Source: Heterodontus francisci (taxonomy: Eukaryota). Taken from it: a DNA stretch of 64,000 nt. Shown one piece after another: positions 10,311 through 21,680 of this stretch. The position numbers and the translations under genes were made by a program. The notes beneath the pieces were generated by a model. That model was not told where the DNA came from and made no database searches. It saw only the letters and a list, made by a program, of their open reading frames with translations. The first letter of the stretch is position 1; the number at the start of each line of letters is the position of its first letter. The DNA is taken from contig NC_090373.1 of the NCBI RefSeq assembly GCF_036365525.1, positions 56,201,339 to 56,265,338 of the forward strand, in the 5' to 3' direction.

Positions 10311-12224
10311 CTTTGATGAGCAGAAATACAAACACAGCATTCAATATAAGAGGAATTTTCAGAACAGTCTGTAAATCATTGTTATTTTTTGTAGATTTTG
10401 GTGTCTGAATGCTATTGCTTAGCGCTGTTACCTTTTTATAAAAATTGTGTTTAGTAAAAAAAAAAATGACACTATCAAAAAAAGTTATGCTTTCACCGCA
10501 CCCTTTAAGGAGCACATTATCTTAGTTGGAGGAGTCCATTGTCGATCATATTGCATGGCACAGGATCTCAGAATTCAGATTCATGCAGTCAAAGTCTATG
10601 ACATGGAATCTCCCTCGTGAGGAAGCCAATCTCCCCATGACAGTGAAGGTGAAGCATGGAGTTTATTCATGTTGCTCTTTCATACAGTATACCCTGATGA
10701 CCATTTTCAGTGTGAGATTGACCTTAGGGCAGGCCACTGGCAAACCCACCCTCTCAGCCAAGCATGGTATATGCATCAAATAAGTCAAGAATGTGGAAGG
10801 AAAGAAAATACCTTAAAGAGGGAGAGAATTCCAAAGTTTCACAACCCTTTGAGAGAAAACATTTCTCCTCATCTCTGGCCTAAAAGGGCGACCCCTAATT
10901 TTAAAACAGGTCAAAACATATCAATAAGTTTTCCCACTTACAGAAACAGCCAATTAGATACTCTATTTGTCTCCCAGAATAAAGCACACCCAACCAGATT
11001 TCCTTAATAAACCACAAAATTATCCATTCATTATAAAACCAAGTCTTAACCAATAATGAAGTAAATATATATGCAAATAGAAATATTAAAGACCAGTATT
11101 ATTATCCTAGCCCTCATGCATATGCACACATATATCCAAAAATCAGTTACCAGGAAAAAAAGAAATTTTTTTACAGCTGTTTCAAAGGAATAAAAGGATT
11201 TTAAAAAAACATATACTGAAACGAAGATTTGGAAGTTCTTTGGTTTGGCGGGATGTTCCAAAGTTGAATAGTTGGATGCCACTCAGAGTCTTTCCAGGCG
11301 AAGTTGATAAACAGTCTGTTTTGGGTAGATGGTCAAAAAAAGTCAACTGCAGAAGCTTCACATAGGTCTTTCATCAGGTATACAGCAACAGGTGTCAATT
11401 CTTACACATTCGGTTCAAATCTTTTAAAGATGCAAGGTTTCTGCAAACATTCAGGATTTCTTAAAACACAGGAATCAACAGCACAGTGCAGGGATTTGTC
11501 AGAGACAAGAGGAAATAGGAATCTGCCACATTTGAAATACAGGGTTTCTTCTCAAGAGATGCCAGATGCCTTTCCAAAAGAAAGGTGGGCAGTTTTTCTC
11601 CTCTCCAGGCAGAAACAACAATTGACTGTTTTAACAGTTCAAACTGAAACTAAACTTTTTGTCACTTGCTTGTAAACATCTGTCCCTTCAGGTCAGAAAG
11701 CAACCCCCCTGTTGGGTTCTTTGTAAACAGATGTTTTCCAGTAACCGTTTACATTCCACTCTCAGGTCAAATTCAGTCCCAAACCCTTTTTCTTTTAAAA
11801 ATAAACACAAAGTTCAGCCATCTCCAGATGATTCAGTGTCCACAAAATCCTTTTTTAGTTTTTTGAAAATATAGATTCCCAAGTTTTAACAAAAAATGGA
11901 ACTCTCGTAATAGCAGATTCTGCCTGATCTGCTGAGTGTTTCCAGCATTTTCTGTTTTTATTAAAGGAGATTTCATATTTTGCTGTCCAGGAGCTGAGCT
12001 GCCCGAAAACTACAGGATTGCAACACTGTACCCTTTAAAGTAGAGATATTCAGCCTGCAGTCCAAATCTGTTCCAGTTCCCAATTTTATCCGATCGGCAG
12101 TGTTGTGCCTTATAACTGTTCCTTCCTGCTCCCAACACAGAAAATAAGGCAAAGCACTATTTGAGAAGTGCTCATCTCTGAATAACAAGCAGAAACATCT
12201 AATTTGTGATCATTTTAAATATTT

Positions 12225-12495
12225 TTTTTAAATTCATGGGATTTGAGCATTGCTGGCAAGGCCAGTATTTATTATTCATCCTTAATTGCCTTTGAGAAGG
12301 TGGTGGTGAGTCACCTTGTTGAACCGCTACAGTCTTTGTGGTTTAGATACACCTATAATACTATTACATATGGATTTCCAGGAATTTGGCAAAGTGACAA
12401 TGAAGGAATAGCAATATATTTCCAAGTAATGATGGTGTGATGTGGAGAGGAACTTGCAGGTGATGGTGTTCCCGTGTGCATTCTGCCCTTGCCTG
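12225..12495 (-). mobile_element. LINE 3' end fragment (same family as 8255-9850)
   Basis: CATGGGATTTGAGCATTGCTGGC...GAGAAGGTGGTGGTGAG...GAACTTGCAGGTG. Confidence 0.75.
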
Positions 12496-12734
12496 CACAT
12501 TCCCTGAGTACTACCACAACTGCCTCTCACCCATCACCTGGGTCCTGATGCTGCTGCCTGTTCCCTGCCCACAGCTGCAAAGACAAAGGAGGTTTAAAAA
12601 TAACAGAATATGCAGAGGAGGTAAAAGGGAAACTGAAAAGCCTGAGAGAAACAAGTAGAACAAAAAAACAGATAGAAATGAAGGCAAGATATAGAGAGAC
12701 AAAAATGAAGGAGAGGCAGAAGTGAAGAGATAGA

Positions 12735-13022
12735 AAAAAATTCAATTAATAAAAAATCTGGAATTGAAAGCTAACCTCAGTAATGATGTCACAAAACTAT
12801 CATCGATTTTTAAAAAAACCCACCTGGTTCACTAATGTCCTTTAGGGAAGGAAATCTGCCGTCCTTACCTGGTCTGGCCTACATGTGGCTCCAGACCAAC
12901 AGCAATGTGATTGACTCTTAACTGCCCTCTGAAATGGCCTAGCTCAGTTACCTTCTCAAGGGCAATTAGGGATGGGCTACAAATGACGGCCTTGTAAGCA
13001 ATGCCCACATCCCATGAAAGGA
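12735..13022 (+). mobile_element. Bipartite SINE (LINE 5' segment joined to LINE 3' tail), head truncated
   Basis: Matches the minus strand of 50230-50440, then jumps to the CAAGGGCAATTAGGGATGGG...CCCACATCCCATGAA tail. Confidence 0.8.
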
Positions 13023-13253
13023 TGAAAAGTCGTGAGAAGAGACAGAAGTGTAGGAGTGGAGAGACAGAAGTGAAGATAGTGGAAATGGGTCAAGAATTTA
13101 AAGAAAGACAATATAGGTTGTGATTTGACGATGATGTTCCTGGGTTTAAAAGCAAATTCACCAATGTACTAGTGATGACGTAAAGGTGGGCTCTTCAAAA
13201 CATTGAACGCACCTGCTTTAAAGAATCATAAAAACACGTATACTACTGACCTA

Positions 13254-13413
13254 AATAAAAACAAGAAATGCTGGAACCACTCAGCCGGTCTGGCAGCATC
13301 TGTGGAAAGAGAAGCAGAGTTACTCTGCATCTCTTTCCACAGATGCTGCCAGACCTGCTGAGTGGTTCCAGCATTTCTTGTTTTTATTTCAAGCATCCGC
13401 GGTATTTTGCTTT
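13254..13413. mobile_element. Penelope-derived hairpin insertion, 15-bp TSD
   Basis: 68-bp inverted arms at 13253-13320 and 13322-13389 (2 mismatches); TATACTACTGACCTA at 13239-13253 and 13414-13428. Confidence 0.88.
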
Positions 13414-13429
13414 TATACTACTGACCTAC

Positions 13430-14047
13430 CTCTTCTAAAACACCATAAGCATCTTCATACTTGCAGAATACAACTGAGTTTTTGATGTTTAACACAGACG
13501 GATGAAGCTCTGGTCTTCCAGCCACAGAGACACAGTTTCTGAAGATCTCTCTCTCCTGCCCACCAGTGACCAGCCTGAGTCTCTGCCATATTCTGCCCCC
13601 ATCATCCCTCGTGTAGCTGCAGAGACTTGTCTGCCCACTTTTACGGACCAGATCCTGCAAGAGACGCTCTGTGTCCTTATAATTTTGATCGTCTTGAACC
13701 AAAAACCCCTTGATCAAAGATCCCTCCTTGTTTGGGGAAAATGCCAGCAGTTCCATAACGCGGCACCTTTCAGGCAGCCTTGTCAGTTTGTCTTGCAGAT
13801 GGACATAAGATTCTGCACCTTGAATCCTGTTTTCAGACGCGATGCAAACCGAATACGTTTGACCGCGGGTGAGGAGTTGGTGCAAACGGGAATTCTCATC
13901 CCAGGGCCCCTCAGAAGTTGGGTTTAGAGCAAAATAAAGTGGCTCTGAGTTACTGGGGCACTCGATTGCAAAGACCCTTTTAGCCCATTCCTTATACAGA
14001 GCCGATCCGAGTGACTGGGCCATCTCCAGGCTACAGCGGACATTCAT
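13430..14047 (-). CDS. CMPK2: CMPK2 exon 1 coding part, 618 nt
   Basis: ATG at 14047 with in-frame TGA upstream at 14095-14093; FAIECP..LYFAL, TYSVCI, GFLVQD, GRIWQRL, LHPSVLNIKNSVVF...VLEE|gtaggt resembles the vertebrate CMPK2 N-terminal domain. Confidence 0.9.
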
Positions 14048-14109
14048 TCTCGCCACAGTAACTGGCGATCGGTGGCACTGACACGGCCTGAGTCAGTTCC
14101 CCACCCAAG

Positions 14110-14250
14110 AGCACTTGAAATCAACACTGAAACTGCTGGGGCTGCGGAATCGAAAGCCAGCCGTCGGTAAACAAACGTGACGTTTGCAAAGTGAAAGCGC
14201 GCACAGCTATGTAAAAGCCTGAGTGAGATCCCGGAGAAATGAAAGCTAAA
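14110..14250 (-). promoter_or_regulatory. CMPK2 proximal promoter with IRF/ISRE-like sites
   Basis: Plus-strand ACTGAAACT (~14126), GGAATCGAAAG (14146), AAAGTGAAAG (14188), GAGAAATGAAAG (14234); CRE-like palindrome CAAACGTGACGTTTG (14172-14186); CpG-rich. Confidence 0.7.
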
Positions 14251-14537
14251 GGCATCTCCTTCCCAGACTCTCCCACACTCTTCCTTTCTACACATGGAGT
14301 TTGCCACCTTAAATAACAAGCCTAACACTCAAAACACAACACATTAGCAGCGGCATCAGGATCACGGGATCATGGCTGCAGTTCTGGCTATTTCGTTTCT
14401 CAAGGAATTTTTTTACAGCAAACCTTAATAACATAAGGCCCCATGAATTGGGACGAATTGATAGCTCTATCAAAGAGCCAGCACAGGCACAATGGACAGA
14501 ATGGCCTCATTCTGTGTTGTATCATGCTATGATTCTA

Positions 14538-15698
14538 TGGGAGCTAAACTGGATAGCCCCCAAAACCTGGCATGGGAATCTGGATGTACTAGTAACCCAT
14601 GCCTGTTGACTGCAGGCAGCCCAGTGCTGCCCGTTGCTTTAAACAATTTCAGCATCCATCCATCACGAACCATACTGATTGGCTGGATGCCTGAGCAGAA
14701 GGCCAATATGGTGAGTGGCTAGCACCAGTTAAAGCTAGCCTGCATTACTTAAAACTAGCCTGTACCTCATAAAGGGGACAGTCATTGTGGCTGGAGCAGG
14801 TGTTGGCAGTACTGTGGGAACTGAATCTGACCTGGGAAAGACAGAAGAATGGCACAACATGGGAGAAAGTGAGCTCCGTGGGTTTTGGACACTACACTGA
14901 AAGCCTTGGTGGAGGAGGTGGAAAGGTGGAGAGATGTCCTGTATTCGGATGAGGCTGTCCAGATATATGCTCAGAAGGCAGTGGGAGCAGATAGGCATTG
15001 AGGTCGATGCCAGGAGCCAAACCCCGAGGACCTGGATGCAGTGCCGCAAGAAGTTCAATGATCTCACACAAATGAGTAAGGTCTGTGAATGTACCTTCAA
15101 ATGCCATATCCTACCAACTGCATCACTAGCCTCAGGCACTGCCCAAATTACTACACCCACGTCACTCACCTACCAACAATCTATTAATTAGAACTCATAC
15201 CTGGCATTTATATGTTACACCGCACCCTCACACACTGAGCACTGCTGCAAGCCTCACACCAACATCTCATAGCTTTCACATACTGCCAGTTATTCAACTA
15301 TGACAGCCACATCAGCAAAACAGGTTGCACAATACTCACATACACACTTCCTTCTCATGCAGGACAAGATGATGCAAAATCAGAGGTAGCATGAGTTAAC
15401 CAGAGGGGAACAGCCATGCCTGCATATCTTGACCTCCTCATTATTGGGACACCCATTGCTGAGGATGTGGCCAGTGAAGGCACTGAAACCATTGAAAATA
15501 ACAGTATTTTCATACTGAATCCTCCTTCTTATAGTCCACCTCCCCCTTTTCCCACACTGTCTTCTGATTTATAAGCTGCAGATGGTGTAAGCATATAAGC
15601 TTACTTTTCCCCCTGCCCCCACCACAAACTTACCCTTGTGCCTTTCTCCTTTCAGATACCCAGGAAGTGCAACCTGGCCCAAAAGTGGAGGAACGATA
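14538..15698 (+). mobile_element. Decayed PIF/Harbinger element with Myb/SANT-like ORF remnant
   Basis: ~14849-15080 encodes, across a stop and a frameshift, LKALVEEVERWRDVLY...RRQWEQIGIEVDARSQTPRTWMQCRKKFNDL. Confidence 0.7.
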
Positions 15699-15701
15699 AC
15701 A

Positions 15702-16040
15702 AGTGGTTAGCACCGCAGCCTCACAGCTCCAGCGACCTGGGTTCGGTTCTGGGTACTGCCTGTGTGGAGTTTGCAAGTTCTCCCTGTGACCGCGTGGGTT
15801 TCCTCCGGGTGCTCCGGTTTCCTCCCACATGCCAAAGACTTGCGGGTTGATAGGTAAATTGGCCATTATAAAAATTGCCCCTAGTGTAGGTAGGTGGTAG
15901 GAGAATTGGGGGAAGGTGGTGATGTGAGAGGGAAAAATGGGATTAATATAGGATTAGTATAAAATGGGTGGTTGATGGTCGGCACGGATTTGGTGGGCCA
16001 AAGGGCCTGTTTCGGTGCTGTATGACTCCATGACTTTCTA
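15702..16040 (+). mobile_element. tRNA-derived V-SINE (HE1-like)
   Basis: AGTGGTTAGCAC, B-box-like GGTTCGGTTC, V-domain GTGTGGAGTTTGC..GTGGGTTTCCTCCGGGTGCTCCGGTTTCCTCCCAC, CR1-like tail. Confidence 0.88.
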
Positions 16041-16144
16041 GTTAAACATGAATACAAAAGTGAAATACTGTGGCTGCAGAAAATCTGGAATTAAATCAGA
16101 AAATGCTGGAAAGACTCAGCAGGTCTGGCAGCATCTGTGAAGAG

Positions 16145-17777
16145 TGTCATACACATGCAAGGAGCAATTATGTACTATAAAGATCACCTGAGGAATTGTA
16201 CTCCTAAAATGGACACTTTTGCTGCAAGACAAAATGGAGTAAGAGGTCAGGTGACCTCTCCTCTACTGCGAATACACATAGTAACTGCTTGAACTCTGAA
16301 CCAGGCATCACGTCTGGTCAAGTATTGAAGAAAGCATTAGAAATGTAAATGGCCCATTCAATGTTAACGGCTACCTTTTTCAACCGGTTGAACTAACAAT
16401 GACTTTGTAGTCATAGAGTCTCCAGACTCAAAGTCGGAATAATAATTGTGGAAAAAACATCACAATATCAAGATGGCATAGAGACGAGCAACATCCAAAT
16501 CTATTGTCTAACAATGGCCATGCATTCAAACCATTCATGAAAATAGAATGAGAGAGAAACCTTGGTCACCTGACAGAAACAAAGGGCTGAATTTTATGGA
16601 CCCCCTCTTGAGATGGGGTCGGAGGCCGTGGGTAGGGGGGGTGAGGAGGGGGGACGGCCCATAGAATTGCGCTGGGAGGCAAGGGTGAAGGGCCCATCGC
16701 CAAGCGATTTTGCTGGGGTGGGATAGGCCAACGACGGCCTTCCCAACTAGAGGCCAATTGAGGCCCTTAAGTGACCTATTAACAGCCACTTAAGGTCCGC
16801 TTCCCCCCACTGCTGGGATTTAACCAATGGTGGGTTGCCTCCACCACGCGGGGAGGGTGCCAAGTAATACAAGACACAGTCCCTGTGGGTTTGGGGGGAT
16901 CCCTCCTCCATGGGCAATCTGTGGCCCATGGAGGGCCCTGCTGGCAAAACCTCCACTTCTATGGACCCCCCTCCACCTGGACTTCACGCTCCTGGTGGCG
17001 CTGCCAACACTGCTGAGCTGCAGGCCCTGTGATTGGCTGACAGCTCTTGGAGACAGGATCCCCATCTTTAAAGGCACAGAGATACCGGCGCCAGAAACTT
17101 CGCTTCTGGAACAACCCCACCAGCTGCACAAAATCCAGCCCCAAGTCTCTGATAAAAAGGTTTTATTTAATAAGACACATTGCTGAGCCAGAAAGCCAGG
17201 AGGCTGAGAGAGATCTATTCCAGCAAAGAAGAGGACTCTACCCGAATACCATTTTTAAGACTACCTCGAGGCAGAAACGGAAAGTGACCTTGAAAACTCC
17301 CTACCTGAGAGATTGTAATAGGATTCTTCGCCACCGGACTAGGACTGAGATTTTACCCAAAGATGTCTGCAGCAAAGCATCCATCCACTTAAAACTTTCC
17401 AGGTTTGACTTCAGTGAATCATGAAGAAAAAAAACAGGCTTGCGCGTTCAAATTTTCCTCCCAGGAAAACAAACAAGGTTTCACAACAAACTTTTTTTTT
17501 AGAAATACCAAACCTAAATGCATGCTATCTTTTAATCTCTATCTTTTCTTGTGTCTGTGCATGTGTGTGTGAGTTGGTGAAGTTGCAAATTTTCAGATTT
17601 TTTTGGTGAATAAGCGTGCATCTTTCTTTAAACCTATGAGAAAATCTGTCACTTGTCTGTTTATTGACCATTAAAACGCTCAAAGGTTAAACACATTTCT
17701 AATCAAACCACTGTCTGTGGTCAGTTGAGAGGTGAAATAGGAGAATCATCCCTATCATCGCCCATCTGTCCATAACA
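16145..17777 (+). mobile_element. Solo LTR, 4-bp TSD AGAG
   Basis: TGTCAT...CATAACA termini; AGAG at 16141-16144 and 17778-17781; 3' part resembles 35130-35350. Confidence 0.8.
16584..17141. mobile_element. MITE (PIF/Harbinger-like) nested in the solo LTR
   Basis: TIRs GGGCTGAATTTT / AAAATCCAGCCC; inverted homolog of 6069-6855. Confidence 0.75.
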
Positions 17778-18344
17778 AGAGAGAAACAGAGTTAACATTT
17801 CGGGTTGATAACCTTTTGTCAGAATTATAAAAAGTTAGAGATGTAACAATTTTTAAGCTGGTACAGAGACAGGGAAAAGGGAGAGGGAAAGAACAAAAGG
17901 AAACAACTGTGATAAGGTGGAAGGCAGAAGAGATTAAATGACCAAAGGGATAATGGTGCAAGGCAAAAGGAGATGGTAATGGGACAAGTAAAGAAACAAA
18001 TGATTTTTCTAGAGGAGGTGTAAATGGGAAACCCAGAGTCATCACCAACAGCTGCAGCCCAAAAACAATATAAAAATGGGGACAGAGGTAATGATCTGAA
18101 ATTGTTGAACTCAAGGCTGAATGTGGAAGGCTGTAAAGTGACCAATCAAAAATTGAGGTGCTGTTGCTCGAGCTTATGTTGCGCTTCATTGGAACTGTGT
18201 AGGAGGCCGAGGACAGAGAGGTCAGAGTGGGAATGGGGCAAAGAACTAAAATGACAGGAGACCGGACAGTCGGGTCATGTGTGCAGACTGAATGGAGGTG
18301 TTCTATAAAGTGGTTATCCAAATAAACATGATTCAGTTAATAGT

Positions 18345-19965
18345 TAATCATAATCATTTAAAAATGATTTACCTTTAACAAATCCATGCTGGCTGTCCTT
18401 TATTAGTCCATGCTTGTCCAAGTGGCGTTAATTTTCTCCCAGATTATTGTTTCTGAAAGCTTCCCCACCACTGACATTAAAATGAGTGGCCTGTAATTGC
18501 TAGATTTATCCTTCTCCACTTTTTTGGAACAAGGGGGTCACATTTGCAACCTTCCAATCCTTTGGCACCACTCTGTATCTAAGGAGGATTGGAAGATGAT
18601 GGCCAACACCTCTGCAATTTCTACTCTTACTTCTCTCAGCAACCTAGAATGCATCCCATCCAGACCCAGTGACTTATTCACTTTAAGTGCTGCCAGCCTT
18701 CCTAGTAGCGTTTCTTTATCTATTTTTATCTCATCCAGTATCCTGGTAACCTTCTCATTTACCATAACTTTGGAAAAGTCTTCTTCCTTGGTAAACACCA
18801 ATCCAAAGTATTGATTTATTACCTCAGCCATGCCTTCTATCTCCAACAATAGATCTCCATTTTGGTCCCTAATTGGCCTCACTGCTCCTCTACTAAACAT
18901 TTTACTGTTAACATGCCTTGTTCAATTCCTTGTTATGTTAGCCGACGATCAACTATTATTTTGTTGCCTCTCTTATTTCCTTTCTCACTTCTCCTCTACT
19001 TTTTATATACACCTTGATTCTCCCTTGTATTATCAAGCTGATATCTGTCCTACAGCACCTTTTCTGCTTCATCATACTCTCTAACTCCTCTATTATCCAG
19101 AGAGCTCTGGATTTGGTTTCCCTCCCTTTTCCTGTTGTGAGAGTGTGCCTAGACTGTACCTGAGCCATCTCCTTTTTAAAGACTCCATTCCATTTCTGTC
19201 TGCCAGTCCTTGATTCCAATTTACCTAGGCCAGATCCCACCCCAATTCACTGGAATTAGCCCTCCTCCGGTCAAGTATTTTTATTTGAGATTGCACTTTT
19301 TTCTTCTCCATAACTAATCTAAACCTGATGATACTATGATCACTATTCTTGAGATGCTCCTCCACTGTGTCATTCTCCATTCGATGCACTTCATTTCCCA
19401 GGGCTCCTCCTTATTGAACAGGAAACATACAGAACGAGCAAATTCTCCTGAACATGCTTCAGAAATTCTTCCCCTTCCCTGCCCTTAACACAATCCCCAT
19501 TCAATATTGGGCAGTTAAACTCTTTTATTATACCCATTATTACTATATAGTTCTTGTGCCTCAGTCATTTCTTTGCAAATCTACTCCTCTATTTCCTTCC
19601 CCCTATTTGGTACTGAAAAAATCCATCAAGTAGAATAATTGCTCCTTTATTGTTTCTTAGCCCTGACCAAATAGATTTTGTGTTTGACCCTCAAGGACAT
19701 TCTCTCATTCTAGTAATGCAATATTTTCCTTCATCAAAACTGCTACCCCACCTCCTTTTTTTTCCCCTTTCCTATCTTTCCTGACTACCTTGTACCCAGG
19801 AATATTAAGCATCCAATCCTGCTCTATATTGACACTAGATCATATTCCCGCATATCTATTTGTGCCTGCAGCTCACCAACCTTATTAACCACATTTACAC
19901 ATGCACTCCAAATCTACTTTAGACCTCATTGTATTTTCTATGATCCCACCTAATTCTGGAAAACA
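18345..19965 (-). mobile_element. Old CR1 LINE fragment
   Basis: AEVINQYFGLVFTKEE, KSLGLDGMHSRLLREV, IAEVLAIIFQSSLD. Confidence 0.8.
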
Positions 19966-21046
19966 TTTGATGCTTGTATAGAAATAGAGCGGTTTGAAGG
20001 CAAAGCAAAGGGACTGACACAAAAATAGACAGTGGGATAGAAGCAGATTTACAGGAAGAGGGATATAAACCCTAAGGTTCTGATTCTGCAGAAATTGGGG
20101 ATGTGCATTCCATGATGTAGTGGAGCAGGGTGGGGTGTTCACTTGTCTGGCCCAATTTTCCTCATTTCTCCTTCTTAATGTGTTCTACTTCTAGGTCAAA
20201 GCTGCAAATAACCACATGTAGAGGAACTCTGCTGGAGATTTTTTGTTATATAGAGCAGTATTGTCCAATTGGATTTTGACGTTCGCCAAACTTATGTATT
20301 CACCACATGATACAAAAAAATGCAATATTAATAAAACAAATTTGCCATCTTTTCAAAATAGGTTTGGAGTTTTAAACCGGCAGTAATCAAAACCAATGCA
20401 GTCACTACCAGAGTCAGGAGAACAGCTTCAAAAGGGTTTTGCAATCCAAGCGTTCATCAAAGCATGCCTGCTGTATATACTCTCAAAGGATGGTGACAAT
20501 CTGTTCATCAAAGTGTTCAGTTTCTGATAGTGTGCTCCAGTTAATTTAAAAAAAAATTTTCTTCAAGAGTAAACTGTCTGTATATTATCAGAATTATTAT
20601 ATTAGGATACTCAGGGAGGGAAAAGAATTGACAAATCTCTACGTATTGGCTTCTGTGCTCTGACACTTGCCATGCTTATGCTCTGTCGCCTGCCATTCTG
20701 AGCACAGTGTCTGGACATTTAATACACCTTTGCCTCATGGCCAACCTCCTATAATATCTCCTTTTATGCCTGTAGCACCATATTCCTTTCAATTTCTTGT
20801 TTCAACGGGTCTATTAAGAAGAAGGCTGGACACATTTGGATGTTGCTGCATGCCCCAGTTTGCCAAAATTGCACATTTCAACCCTCATTGGCAGTCATGC
20901 AGCACTGTCTGTCATTCAACTGTTCAACTACCTCAACTGTTTTGTGAAAACTGCCAACTACCAGCTAAACAAAACCAAGTACTTCAGTTAGCATCCCCTG
21001 TGTCACTAGATTCCCCGAGAAAGTTTTGAGAGCAATCAGGCCCTGT

Positions 21047-21295
21047 CATAGAACATAGAACATAGAACAGTACAGCACAGTAAAGGCCCTTCGGCCCACG
21101 ATGTTGTGCCGACCCTTTAACCTACTCGAAGATCAAACTACTTACATACCCTTCATTCTACTATCATCCATGTACCTATCCAAGAGTCGCTTAAATGTCC
21201 CTAATGTATCTGCTTCTACTACCACCGCTGGCAGTGCATTCCACGCACCCACCACTCTGTGTAAAGAACCTACCTCTGACATCTCCCCTAAACTT
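21047..21295 (-). mobile_element. CR1 3' end with (CATAGAA)3 tail
   Basis: CATAGAACATAGAACATAGAAC...AGGCCCTTCGGCCCAC...GCATTCCACGCACCCACCACTCT. Confidence 0.8.
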
Positions 21296-21545
21296 CTGTC
21301 CTTCTGAAGTACTTTCAAAGTGCTTCACCAAGAGATCCCACAGATCTAAATGTATCGGCATTAGAGGCACCCAGAGAGAACAGAGAGAACAGGAACAGAG
21401 AAGGTAACAAACGGTGGACTATTTTTCTTGTTTCACTGAGCAAGTGGCCCTTCAGCTTCCATGTCACTAGAAATCCGACAACTGAACTATACGCTGAAAT
21501 ACATAGTCGTGGTCTGACCAATATGTGACTTTCACAATTTGGTTG

Positions 21546-21580
21546 ATTCTGATGAAAAGTCATCGACCTGAAATGTTAAT
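21546..21580 (+). ncRNA. Minimal hammerhead ribozyme motif (core intact, stems imperfect)
   Basis: CUGAUGA-A, stem II AAGTC/GACCT, GAAA, decayed palindrome A(C>T)GT, stem I ATT/AAT. Confidence 0.55.
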
Positions 21581-21680
21581 TCTGTTTTTCTCTCCACCAC
21601 TGCTGCCAGACCTGCTGAGTATTTCCAACACTTTTTATTTTTATTTCAGATTTTCAGCACCTGCAGTATTTTGCATTTAT
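21546..21680 (+). mobile_element. Short Penelope-derived repeat starting at a hammerhead motif
   Basis: ATT CTGATGA AAAGTC ATC GACCT GAAATGTT AAT followed by the family body CTGCCAGACCTGCTGAGTATTTCCA. Confidence 0.8.

Larger units (their letters stand above)
16050..18322 (-). mobile_element. Penelope-like element 3' part (GIY-YIG C-terminus plus 3' repeat), split by an LTR
   Basis: 17778-18322 encodes FIEHLHSV...LEQQHL...TLQPSTFSLEFNNFR across frameshifts; continues at 16050-16144 beyond the LTR; degenerate hammerhead at 17789-17826. Confidence 0.8.

Noticed and set aside
10605-10614. Canonical NF-kB site GGAATCTCCC in CMPK2 intron 1 (similar site near 45868)
   Set aside because: Several matches to this degenerate 10-mer are expected by chance in 64 kb; no supporting cluster
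10910-11910. Possible LTR-like element in CMPK2 intron 1
   Set aside because: Composition and a CGTAA(T)A end are suggestive, but no left terminus or TSD could be fixed
14048-14056. GTG start given by the ORF track for CMPK2
   Set aside because: Prokaryotic-style start; the first ATG is at 14047
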